Origin: Desulfonatronovibrionaceae bacterium
GTDB lineage: Bacteria > Desulfobacterota > Desulfovibrionia > Desulfovibrionales > Desulfonatronovibrionaceae
Reading direction: 5' to 3'
Length of the DNA stretch: 46,089 nt
Assembly (NCBI GenBank): GCA_046539845.1
Contig: JBKHGE010000016.1
Location: 1 to 46,089, forward strand
Each line of letters opens with the position of its first letter. Position 1 is the stretch's first letter. Of the stretch, positions 10,332-19,271 are shown piece by piece. Made by a program: the position numbers and the translations under genes. The notes beneath the pieces were generated by a model. It saw nothing but the letters and a program-made list of their open reading frames with translations. It ran no database searches and was not told the DNA's origin.

Positions 10332-12035
10332 TCAGACCTCGGCCGGGAATTTTTCCGTGAACTTCTTCTCTGATTCCCCGGACCCGATAAGAACCAACTC
10401 GTCTCCGTGGTTTAATAAAATATCCGGTTCAGGATTAATAATAAGCTCTGAGGATTTTTTCACGGCCACCACACTACAGCCTGTCTGCTCTCTTATTCGG
10501 AGCCGCTCCAAGGGCTTATCCTCAAATTTATGGGGAGCAATGACCCGGAAGATGTTCAAGCCTTCGGATAGCATAAGCATCTGCTGGGGATGGAGCAGGT
10601 TCATAATGGTCGTGGTCACCAGGGAGCTGTAAGACAGGACCAGATTTGCCCCGGCGCGGTGCATGGTATTTACATTCCTGTCCAGGCTGGCCCGGCTTAT
10701 GATTTGCGCGTCCGGACGCAGTCGGCGGCAATAGATGGTCAAATAAATATTCAGATCATCCTTATGGGTGGTAATGATAATGGAAGGGGTCTCATTAATG
10801 CCCGCCTGAGCAAGCGTCTCCCGATCCGCCGCGTTTCCGCATATAAAACATGAACCCCGCTCGGCAATGGCTGAGCGCTTTTCCACCACCCGGAAATCGA
10901 CCTCCCTTTCTTCCAAGGCCCGGGCCACTGCCTGGCCCACCCTGCCGCCGCCCAACACGACCACCGGGGCATGATTACCGCCGCTATCCTCATCATAGCC
11001 GATGGACTGGTCAAAACTCTTTAATTGGTCCTCGGTGCCCGCCAGGACAAGCACGGTGGATGATTGCAAACGACTCTGAGCGGTGGGGATCATGAACCTG
11101 TTTTTATCCCAGAGTCCGACCACATTCACTCCGGTTGTTTGGCGCAAGCCGGCCTCGGCAAGGGTTTTCCCCTGAAACCAGGTGCGCATTACCGGAACCT
11201 CGGCAATAAGCAGCCGGTCAAAGCTACCGATGACATTCGCCCTCATACTCACACCCAGAACACGCCTGGACAAGGCATCCCCGAGCATCCTGGAAAATTC
11301 AAACACATGGGTGCTCCCGGCCAGCTCCAAAATATCCACTGAATCCACGGTGTCCGCGTTGGTCACAGTTATAACCCGATCATTTACCTCCCGGATGGTA
11401 TAAATAATGTTGGTGCTGGTTACATCGTCATTGAGGACCAAGGCCATGGCCGCCTTATCAATACGCAGCCTGCGGTAGGTCTCGGGGTCGTCGAGTTCGC
11501 CCACCACCGCATTATAGCCCATATCGTGCAGATCCAGGGTGGTCTGCAGTTCAGGGACGACAACCACGTAGGGTATGGAGTAGCTTGCAAGCTTTTGAAT
11601 CAGGTTAATAGCCACGTCATCAAAATAAGTGATGATTACGTGCCCGGATACATCCGGAGACAGCGCCTTGGGGGCCCGGGCCTTGTTTTGTTTATCCAGC
11701 CACGGGGCATAGAAAAACTGGATAAAGGTAAAGGGGAGCATTACCAGGAGAAAAACGATCCCGGACAACAGGACCAGCACTGAAAACACCCTGCCCAGAT
11801 CGCTGTGAAAGGTTATATCCCCGAAGCCAAGCGTGGACATGGTGGTTAGTGTCCAGTAAAAGCCGGTTATCCAGGAGTACTCCCGCCCCTCATAGAGCAT
11901 AAGGACGTGGAAAAGGACCGTATAAAGCAAAAACAACAGCAACAGCACCAGGATAAATTTCACCAAAAGCCGCAGATTACCTCTGTCCTGACGGCTGTTC
12001 AAAAGCAGGGAGAGTTGGGTGGCCATGGTTTTCAT
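10332..12035 (-). CDS. Potassium channel protein, 2-TM pore plus two TrkA-N/TrkA-C (RCK) modules
   Basis: FYWTLTTMSTLGFGDI filter; second RCK with GGGRVG; GVNVVGL and GCSVVAV TrkA-C motifs. Start placed at the ATG of MKTMATQ rather than the track start 12101. Confidence 0.9.
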   Translation of the reverse strand: MKTMATQLSLLLNSRQDRGNLRLLVKFILVLLLLFLLYTVLFHVLMLYEGREYSWITGFYWTLTTMSTLGFGDITFHSDLGRVFSVLVLLSGIVFLLVMLPFTFIQFFYAPWLDKQNKARAPKALSPDVSGHVIITYFDDVAINLIQKLASYSIPYVVVVPELQTTLDLHDMGYNAVVGELDDPETYRRLRIDKAAMALVLNDDVTSTNIIYTIREVNDRVITVTNADTVDSVDILELAGSTHVFEFSRMLGDALSRRVLGVSMRANVIGSFDRLLIAEVPVMRTWFQGKTLAEAGLRQTTGVNVVGLWDKNRFMIPTAQSRLQSSTVLVLAGTEDQLKSFDQSIGYDEDSGGNHAPVVVLGGGRVGQAVARALEEREVDFRVVEKRSAIAERGSCFICGNAADRETLAQAGINETPSIIITTHKDDLNIYLTIYCRRLRPDAQIISRASLDRNVNTMHRAGANLVLSYSSLVTTTIMNLLHPQQMLMLSEGLNIFRVIAPHKFEDKPLERLRIREQTGCSVVAVKKSSELIINPEPDILLNHGDELVLIGSGESEKKFTEKFPAEV

Positions 12036-12349
12036 GAATGCGCTCTTTTTAGATTTGCCTTGAGTAAAAGAGGGTAACGGAAGCCGGGCACGGCAACACA
12101 CCTATGGCCCCGGCTCGGTCCTTGTACACAGTTCAGGCTGGGAGCGCCTTGGCGGGGCGGCTATTTGCCCGTCTCCACTCTGCCGGACTTCGTTTTTTAG
12201 CTATAAAAACAGCTTGCTTTCCGACCTGGGAAAGAAAATCAGAAACTGGCCGGAAAAGCCCGAATGAAGTCCGAAGCAAATCCGGCCGAAGGGTAGGCAA
12301 AAGACAAAGCGAAAGGATTACCACCCGGAGATCGGTTTTTGGCGGCCGC

Positions 12350-12994
12350 TCAGCGCTCGATAATCAAACGCTCCGGCATGCCCTTTCCCGGAGCCAGGTC
12401 GCAGCGTATTTTTCCCTTGATGAATTCATCCGCCCCGATCCTTGTCTTGATCCCGCGGGCATATTCCTCAAAAGTTCCAAGCACCCTGGCGCATGAGGAC
12501 GAATTGCGCTGCACTATGTCTTTTTTCGGACACAGGCTGAGTGTCTGGCCGTCAAAACCGGCAAAGCCCTTCTCTTGAAAGCCGAAATCTCCCTCCTCGG
12601 CCTCCTGAATATCAAAATCCAGGACCATGCCCCGGACAATATCCAGAGCCACCGGCTCTATAGCCCGCCATTCACCCCACACATAGGCCTTGGCATCACT
12701 CAAAACGCACTGCAAGCGATCGCCGTAGCGGGCCTGCTCCCGGCTTGCCTCCTGGCGCTTTAGCCACTTCAGAGACTCTGCGGCGCGGGCCTCGGCCTCG
12801 GCAACCCGCCTTTTTTCCCGGGCCTTTTTCAGTTCGGCCTGCTTCTCCCGGGCGCGCTGCCTCTCCTGGCTGCTCATTTCCATCCATTCCCCCTCGGGGA
12901 TATCCAGGGGATAGTGGGTACCGCAGCCGGCAAGAAACAAAAGCGCCCCAAAAAGAAAGATGCACCGCTTTTTTAGCGTGGACAAATCGAACAT
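12350..12994 (-). CDS. Hypothetical lipoprotein
   Basis: KKR + hydrophobic stretch + LAGC lipobox; charged coiled coil, then a Cys-containing beta-rich domain. Confidence 0.7.
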   Translation of the reverse strand: MFDLSTLKKRCIFLFGALLFLAGCGTHYPLDIPEGEWMEMSSQERQRAREKQAELKKAREKRRVAEAEARAAESLKWLKRQEASREQARYGDRLQCVLSDAKAYVWGEWRAIEPVALDIVRGMVLDFDIQEAEEGDFGFQEKGFAGFDGQTLSLCPKKDIVQRNSSSCARVLGTFEEYARGIKTRIGADEFIKGKIRCDLAPGKGMPERLIIER

Positions 12995-13092
12995 GGCTAT
13001 ATTGTAGGCAATCCCAAAAACCGGGTCAAGAAAGCGCGATCATCAAGTATCGTTGCCTGCAGCGTTTTAAGCCGGTCGATTCTTGCGCTCTT

Positions 13093-13824
13093 TTAGGCGG
13101 GAGATTTCGCAGATTTTTTTCTTTTCCCCCACGGGCAGGCCGCGACGCAGACCCCGCAAAGATAAGGCGGGATATGGGCCTCTTTTTCATTACGCCTGAG
13201 CTGCTCCACGCAGGCCTCAAGATCAACAGCCTCGGAGCGGGTGGCAAAGTGCAGCTCAGTAGAGGCATTTTTTATCGCCCCGGCCGGGCAGGCCTCAACG
13301 CAATTAGTACATTTACCGCATTTGTTCTTTACCGGGGCAGCGGCGGGCAGGTCCAGATCTGTTAGCACGGTGACCAGGCGCACCCGGGGACCGAACTTAG
13401 GGGTAACCAGAAGAAGGGACTTCCCCTGCCAGCCGAGTCCGGCGCAAAGGGCCACCGCTTTATGGGACACGGCCGCGGTGAACCGGGCCTCACTCAGGAT
13501 GTGGCTGGCCGGGACAGGCAGGGCCCGGCCGCCCCAGGACTGAATCAGACAGCTGACCCGGGTGGCGATATCGTCCAAAAGGGCGTTAACGTTCTGGTAA
13601 TGCCTAGAATACAAAGGTGTGGGCCGGTCCACAATGGGGTCCATGATCCCGTCCGCCAAGCGCACGGCCATGGAGATCGCCCGGGGATAGCCCTGCAAAA
13701 GATCCGCGGGATCGGTCTCAATGCCTTGCAGACGCGAGGTATCGGCCACTGCCGCCAGATCCGCACCCCAGACCCGGGCGGCATCCAAGAGGGGTTTTAC
13801 GTTGGGAACCGGTTGATGACTCAT
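13093..13824 (-). CDS. Epoxyqueuosine reductase (QueG)-like 4Fe-4S dicluster protein
   Basis: SHKAVALCAGLGWQGKSLLLVTPKFGPRVRLVTVLTD; CGKCTNCVEACP and C...CGVCVAACP. Start at MSHQPV. Confidence 0.8.
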   Translation of the reverse strand: MSHQPVPNVKPLLDAARVWGADLAAVADTSRLQGIETDPADLLQGYPRAISMAVRLADGIMDPIVDRPTPLYSRHYQNVNALLDDIATRVSCLIQSWGGRALPVPASHILSEARFTAAVSHKAVALCAGLGWQGKSLLLVTPKFGPRVRLVTVLTDLDLPAAAPVKNKCGKCTNCVEACPAGAIKNASTELHFATRSEAVDLEACVEQLRRNEKEAHIPPYLCGVCVAACPWGKRKKSAKSPA

Positions 13825-13901
13825 GCCTTTGCGCGTACCACCCTCTTTCCCTGTTGGCAATATGCACATCTAAACGCGGTGTTACGCGAGAAAGACAAAA
13901 C

Positions 13902-15281
13902 TCAGTTCAAGATATTAATGCCGGAAATCCTGTTTATTAAAAGTCCGGACTCACCTACCCTTGAAAGTCCTGCTCCCGGCTCAAGCGTGGATATGACCGT
14001 TTTGCCGATTACATGCCTGTCTTCGCGGCCGAATGCACTTTTGGTCTTAATCCCCCACACATTGTGCAGCAAAAGCGGTTCTCCGTTGTAGGTGCCCAGG
14101 TAGAGGCCGACATGGCCAGGCATGTGCACCAGCGTTGCAAAGGGCACTCCGTATTCCTGAATAACCGCCTTTTTCTCCCTGCGCCCCAAGCCTTCAAGGG
14201 AGATTATCCGGCCCGCCTCGGCCTGCTTGGAGGAATTGCGTGGAAGCCATACCCCGAACGGGGTGAAAATATCGCGCATAAGGGCCGAACAGTCCCGATT
14301 ACCGTACATCCCTCCCCAGCCGTAGGGCTCGCCGAGCATCTCCCCGGCAACCACAGCCACTTTTTCCGGGGTGAACTCCAGCGGGGCCAAAGACACCTCG
14401 CCTTTGGCCATCCGCACTGTTTGCATACGGGCATATCCGTTTTCCCCGGCACTGGGAGCCAGACAGAAAAAGCCCCCTTCGCTGTTTTTGAGAATCGGCA
14501 GAACCATCCCCACCCGACCGAAAAACAAAAACTCGCCGTTTACCCCTTTGACCGGGAACCGATCCCGAATCACCGCGGCCAGTCTGCTCTGCTCAAAAGA
14601 ACGGATAAAATCTTTGTCCACCAAAGCAGCGTCAGCGCGCCTCACCCACCCAAAAACCCATTCTGTCTCCACCAACAGCCAGGCCCCATCCGCGGATATG
14701 TGGGAGATACGGACCGGAGTCCCGGCCCAGATAGCAGAATTCTGCATATAATCGAAAGGATACCCCTCCCCGGCCCGGGAAAAATCCCGAAAAGCCGGCT
14801 TCTGGGTGGGCAGAACACGCAACGCAGTGGAACGCAGGATTATTCCCGGCAAATCCAGGGAGGGAAAGGCGTCAGGCTCGGAATTGCGGATCAGGTCCTG
14901 TTTCCATTCCCAGGAACGGGCACGCTTGTTTTCCCCGAAAAACGTCTTCTTTAAAAGCATATCCACGCCCCAATACACCTTGGCCCGGGAATGCATATTC
15001 CCGGACGCATGCCAGGGGGAGAACCATTTTTCCCGAAAATCCGCGAATCTCATCTGGGATTCTTCTTCAGAGAAGAGAACTTCTTCAGCGCCCTGCCGCG
15101 GCAAATAATATTCTATTTCTTGCGGTAGCACCTCCAGATCGTGGATCTTTTGCTTCGCCTCTGGTGCGCACCCGGAAAAAACCGCCGCCAGGGGAAAACA
15201 CAGGGCCCAGATCAGCAGGTAAGCCGGGCGAAGTTCGATGTTCGCGGCGGACTCTTTGCATCCGCCAAACCCTTTGCTCAT
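13902..15281 (-). CDS. NlpC/P60 (C40) cell-wall peptidase lipoprotein with SH3-like domains
   Basis: FSGC lipobox; GEGYPFDYMQNS; PYGWGG...RDCSA (Cys), GHVGL (His), LHN; RBS AAGGAG before ATG 15281. Confidence 0.88.
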   Translation of the reverse strand: MSKGFGGCKESAANIELRPAYLLIWALCFPLAAVFSGCAPEAKQKIHDLEVLPQEIEYYLPRQGAEEVLFSEEESQMRFADFREKWFSPWHASGNMHSRAKVYWGVDMLLKKTFFGENKRARSWEWKQDLIRNSEPDAFPSLDLPGIILRSTALRVLPTQKPAFRDFSRAGEGYPFDYMQNSAIWAGTPVRISHISADGAWLLVETEWVFGWVRRADAALVDKDFIRSFEQSRLAAVIRDRFPVKGVNGEFLFFGRVGMVLPILKNSEGGFFCLAPSAGENGYARMQTVRMAKGEVSLAPLEFTPEKVAVVAGEMLGEPYGWGGMYGNRDCSALMRDIFTPFGVWLPRNSSKQAEAGRIISLEGLGRREKKAVIQEYGVPFATLVHMPGHVGLYLGTYNGEPLLLHNVWGIKTKSAFGREDRHVIGKTVISTLEPGAGLSRVGESGLLINRISGINILN

Positions 15282-15340
15282 GTATATCTCCTTAAAACGT
15301 ACAAGCCGTAGCAGATCCAATCCGCACGGTTCCTTGCGCC

Positions 15341-15865
15341 CTACTCAGAAAGATATTTCCGGGGCGGGATATTATACTTTTGGCCAAAAACAGCGGCAAG
15401 GCGTCCCTCCAGGTCCTGCAGGGTCTTCATCCCGGCCAAGCCCTTATCCAGGATATGGATCCGAGCCGTATCCCCCTGCAGATCCACCCCGGCGGTACCC
15501 GGGAGCAGGCTCACAGTCCACAGAAAAAACACCCGGGCCGGCTCTCTCTCCAGGACAAAGGGGAAGTCGACAATCTCCCCTTGGACCCGGGTGTGGGGGG
15601 ACAGAGCCCGGTAAGCCACATCCAATCCCCCGAGCAGGGAGTGCCAGAAGAAATAAGGGACGAAGCGCACAGCCGGGAAAAATCTCCATTTCCACTCCCC
15701 GGCCGGCCACAGAGCCAGGCTCACAAACACCCCTGCGGCAGTGCCGGGCACAATCCACACGGACAAAAGCCCCTCGCCCTCGGTCAAAACAGCCCACAGA
15801 ACGACAAAAAATGCCGTGCGCAGAGCAACTGAACGCACACGCCGAATGGGAAAAATTTTTCTCAT
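15341..15865 (-). CDS. mrpE: Mrp/Mnh cation:H+ antiporter subunit E
   Basis: GGLDVAYRAL, VSLLPGT, RIHILD motifs. Alternative in-frame start at 15889, upstream of a G12 run. Confidence 0.85.
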   Translation of the reverse strand: MRKIFPIRRVRSVALRTAFFVVLWAVLTEGEGLLSVWIVPGTAAGVFVSLALWPAGEWKWRFFPAVRFVPYFFWHSLLGGLDVAYRALSPHTRVQGEIVDFPFVLEREPARVFFLWTVSLLPGTAGVDLQGDTARIHILDKGLAGMKTLQDLEGRLAAVFGQKYNIPPRKYLSE

Positions 15866-15873
15866 ACCGACTT

Positions 15874-15885
15874 CCCCCCCCCCCC
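15874..15885. repeat. C12/G12 homopolymer at the 5' end of mrpE
   Basis: Twelve consecutive C on the + strand. Confidence 0.9.
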
Positions 15886-16017
15886 TCATTTCTCAATTGA
15901 CAACTGGCTGTAACTGGTCACCATAATATCCCTGAAGCAAACTATGCTCGCAAATCCGGGAACCCTTTGGACCGCCTGCTTAACTACTCGAAAATTTTTT
16001 TAATCTCCGGATAGAAA

Positions 16018-17757
16018 CTACCCGGCCAGGACCACAAACACCAGAAGCAACACAACGAATAAAACACCGGCGGTATGCCAGTAAAGGAGACGGTGCTCCA
16101 GACGATCGGGCACGGTGAGCATCCACCGCGTCTGAAGCAGCCGGTCCGCCAAGCCTTCCAAATCCAGCCGGCTGCAGGCCGGATCGCAATAGTGCCCGCC
16201 CCGCCACTTTTCCCCCAACCAGGCAAGCATCTTTTCGCACAGATCAAGAAAACGTTCGTCCAAACCGGCAGGTTCGCGACCGCTCCAGGCGGTTTTAAAG
16301 AAAATAGCGGCAAGCAAAATTCCCAGGCCCACCGGCCACAACGCAGAAAGCATTCCCGGATCTGCCCGTGTCAGGGGCTGAATATGGACAAAGGGAAGGG
16401 CCCGGCCCAGGGGCACGGCCAGGAGGACAACACCAGTCAGCCCAGCCCAAGCAGCAAGCACCCGGACCTCCAGGGGGCCGCTTTTGTCCGGCATCTTTTT
16501 AGACAGGCGGTATACAAACACGGAAAGCAAGAACATGGTCCCGGCTGCGGTAACCCCGAGCACGGCCTTGAAAAACCCGGACCACGGCCCGGGCACAAGG
16601 GCCGCCCCATGCTTGAGGGCCAACTTGACCACCGCACCGGCACTCAGAGGCAGTCCGGCCAGGGTCAGGGAGGCCAGGATCAATCCGACAAGAAGGATTC
16701 GACCGCGTACGGTGCATCTACCAGCGGCAAGGGCCGGGCCGACTCCCAGAAAAAGTGACCCCTTGGCCGTTCCGTGAACCAGAACAAAAAATAGCGAACC
16801 GGATAAAACCTCCCCTGCCCCGGCCTTACCCCCGACAAGGACAAATCCCAAGGCCATGGTCATTAGCCCCATCTGGCTTATGCTGGAATAGGCCAAGATC
16901 GTTTTCGGATCCAGGCGCCGCACTCCGGCCAGCACTCCGTACACCGCAGCCCCGAGTCCCAGCCAAGCCAGGACTATCCCCCATTGGCGGGGTTCTCCGG
17001 GATTAAAGATCTGCAACCAGCCCAAAAGCCCCGCCTTAATCATCGCCCCGCTCAATACGGCGCTGGCCGGTATAGGAGCCGCCGGATGGGCCAGAGGGAG
17101 CCAGAAATGCAGACCCAGGGCCCCGGCCTTGATCCCAAACCCTACGAAGGCCAGGACCAAAACCACGGGTCTATAGGGATGACTGGACAAGGCCGGGACA
17201 ATCTCGGCAAAGAGCAGACTATGCATGTCCGGTGCGGCCAGCCCGGCATAGAAAAAACAAGCAGCCAGACACACCTCGCCCAAAACGGTCATGACCAGAT
17301 ACACCCGTCCAGCGCGCAGGGCCTTGTCCGTCCCCGCATGGACAATAAGTCCGTAGGCGGAAAAACTCATCAAGGCAAAAAACACATAAAAAGAAGACAA
17401 ATCCTGGGCCAGGCACAGGCCGATATTCCCGCACAGGGTAAGCAGGAAAAATAGGCTGAACCGGCCTGCCCCCAAGCGATCCTTTGAAAAATACCCACCC
17501 GCGAACAGGCCGGACGCAGCCCATAAAAAGGAAGTCAAAAGAAGAAAAACCCGGCCGAACTCCCCGAAGTGCAAGAAAGTGCCCAAAAACAGGAAGGAAA
17601 ATCGGGCCGGATCTGCGCCTGTTCCGGTTACAGCAAGTAGGCAGGCCGGGATACAGGCGAGCCACAACCCATGCCTGCTGATCGCCGGCCTTAGACCGGG
17701 CACGAACAAAAGCGCGGCCAAAACCAAAGGGCAAAAGATTACTGCCAACCAGATCAT
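16018..17757 (-). CDS. Complex I subunit 5 / MrpA-D-like antiporter subunit (third paralogue)
   Basis: GIKAGALGLHFWLPLAHPAAP, SGAMIKAG, ILAYSSISQMG, HGTAKGSLF. ATG 17757 overlaps the upstream stop (ATGA). Confidence 0.85.
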   Translation of the reverse strand: MIWLAVIFCPLVLAALLFVPGLRPAISRHGLWLACIPACLLAVTGTGADPARFSFLFLGTFLHFGEFGRVFLLLTSFLWAASGLFAGGYFSKDRLGAGRFSLFFLLTLCGNIGLCLAQDLSSFYVFFALMSFSAYGLIVHAGTDKALRAGRVYLVMTVLGEVCLAACFFYAGLAAPDMHSLLFAEIVPALSSHPYRPVVLVLAFVGFGIKAGALGLHFWLPLAHPAAPIPASAVLSGAMIKAGLLGWLQIFNPGEPRQWGIVLAWLGLGAAVYGVLAGVRRLDPKTILAYSSISQMGLMTMALGFVLVGGKAGAGEVLSGSLFFVLVHGTAKGSLFLGVGPALAAGRCTVRGRILLVGLILASLTLAGLPLSAGAVVKLALKHGAALVPGPWSGFFKAVLGVTAAGTMFLLSVFVYRLSKKMPDKSGPLEVRVLAAWAGLTGVVLLAVPLGRALPFVHIQPLTRADPGMLSALWPVGLGILLAAIFFKTAWSGREPAGLDERFLDLCEKMLAWLGEKWRGGHYCDPACSRLDLEGLADRLLQTRWMLTVPDRLEHRLLYWHTAGVLFVVLLLVFVVLAG

Positions 17758-19271
17758 GGCCCGACCTCCCGGCCAAAAGTAATCTGCTCGGCCACCCCCA
17801 GCGGGCTCCAGACCCATCCAGCAAACACCCCCGCGGCCAGACAAAAAAACGCAGTGGCCAGGGTGGGCACGAGCAGGCTCCAGGGGGCCTCCATCTTCCG
17901 GCCTGGCTGGGCTGGATCCAAAGCCACGGCCGTCTCAGTCTCCGGAGCGGATTTGAACCATGCCGCGTGCAGTATGGGCAGGAAATACCCGGCATTCAGC
18001 GCACTGCTTAGGACCAAAAGCACCACCACCCAGTGTTCCCCGGCCTGTATCCCGCCCGCGGCCAGGTACCATTTACTGACAAACCCGGCCACCGGAGGCA
18101 CTCCGATCATGCCCAGGCTGGCTATGCTGAATGCGGCCATGGTCAAGGGCATGCTCCGGCCGATCCCATCCATCTGATCTATGCCCTGGATGCCGCGGGT
18201 CTTGGCCATGATCCCGGCGCAGAAAAACAGGGTAATCTTCATTATTCCCTGGTGAACAAGATGGGCCAGCCCCCCCGTCGTGGCCAGCGGGGCCAAAATG
18301 ACCGCGCCCAGGGCGATATAGGAAACCTGGCTCACAGTGGAGTAGGCCAGCCTCCTCTTCAGGTTATTCTGCATAAGCGCTCGTAGAGAGCCAAAAATAA
18401 TGGTCGCGGAGACCACAACGGCCAGCGGGCCGAGGACACCCAGCTCCGCGGCAAACTCTTTGCCGTAGACATCTAAAACCACGCGCAGCACCCCGAATGC
18501 CCCGGCCTTGACCACGGCCACCGCGTGCAAAAGCGCGCTCACCGGAGCGGGCGCGACCATGGCCTTGGGCAGCCAGCCATGCATGGGGATGAGCGCGGAT
18601 TTAACACTCAGTCCGAAGATAAGCAGGACAAATATGGCTATCAGCTCCGCCCTAGGCAGACCGGAAGCGGACTGGAATACCCCGCCGGGGACAAAATCAA
18701 ACGGGCCGACCACCACCTGAATCCAGGCCACGCCCCATAAGAGCACCGCCCCGGCGGTCATGGCGTACCACAAATAAGTCCTGCCCGCGGCTAGGGCCTC
18801 GGGCGTGGCTTTGTGCACCACCAGGGGATAAGTGACCAGGGTCAAAAACTCGTAAAAGATAAAAAAGGTAATCAAATTCCCGGACAGAGCCACTCCGGTG
18901 GACGCGGTCACACACAGGCTAAAAAATCCGAAGAAACGACTTTTGTTATGCGAATCCTCAAGATAGCCCACCGCATACATGGTGGTCAAAAACCACAGAT
19001 TGCTGGACAAAGAAACAAACACCAGAGACAAAAGATCCACCCGCAAGAGGAACTCAAACCCCAACCCCATGGAAAAACCCAGCTCATAGACCGTACCGTG
19101 GGCCAAAAGGCCCCAGCCCATGACAAACACACCCAGGACTTTGACCGTGGCCCCGACCATATTCAGGGTGGTGCGCGTCGTTTTGCTCCTTTCCGGCAGG
19201 ACGAAGATAATCAGCCCGGTAACCAAAGAACTGCACAAAACAACCAGAAGAAGCCATGATTCCGCGCTCAT
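17754..19271 (-). CDS. mrpD: Mrp subunit D-family antiporter (second paralogue)
   Basis: FYEFL, VKSALIPMHGWLPKAMVAPAPVSALLHAVAVVK, LAYSTVSQ, GFVSKW. Confidence 0.88.
   Translation of the reverse strand: MSAESWLLLVVLCSSLVTGLIIFVLPERSKTTRTTLNMVGATVKVLGVFVMGWGLLAHGTVYELGFSMGLGFEFLLRVDLLSLVFVSLSSNLWFLTTMYAVGYLEDSHNKSRFFGFFSLCVTASTGVALSGNLITFFIFYEFLTLVTYPLVVHKATPEALAAGRTYLWYAMTAGAVLLWGVAWIQVVVGPFDFVPGGVFQSASGLPRAELIAIFVLLIFGLSVKSALIPMHGWLPKAMVAPAPVSALLHAVAVVKAGAFGVLRVVLDVYGKEFAAELGVLGPLAVVVSATIIFGSLRALMQNNLKRRLAYSTVSQVSYIALGAVILAPLATTGGLAHLVHQGIMKITLFFCAGIMAKTRGIQGIDQMDGIGRSMPLTMAAFSIASLGMIGVPPVAGFVSKWYLAAGGIQAGEHWVVVLLVLSSALNAGYFLPILHAAWFKSAPETETAVALDPAQPGRKMEAPWSLLVPTLATAFFCLAAGVFAGWVWSPLGVAEQITFGREVGP

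Noticed and set aside
12036..12349. c-di-AMP (ydaO) riboswitch upstream of the K+ channel
   Set aside because: No AGCGGGGGA or GTCAGCTAAC core motifs; only generic hairpins.
15279..15297. Minus strand reads AAGGAGATATACATG, matching the T7 gene-10/pET RBS; possible vector contamination
   Set aside because: No T7 promoter, lac operator or other vector sequence; it sits naturally before the NlpC/P60 start.
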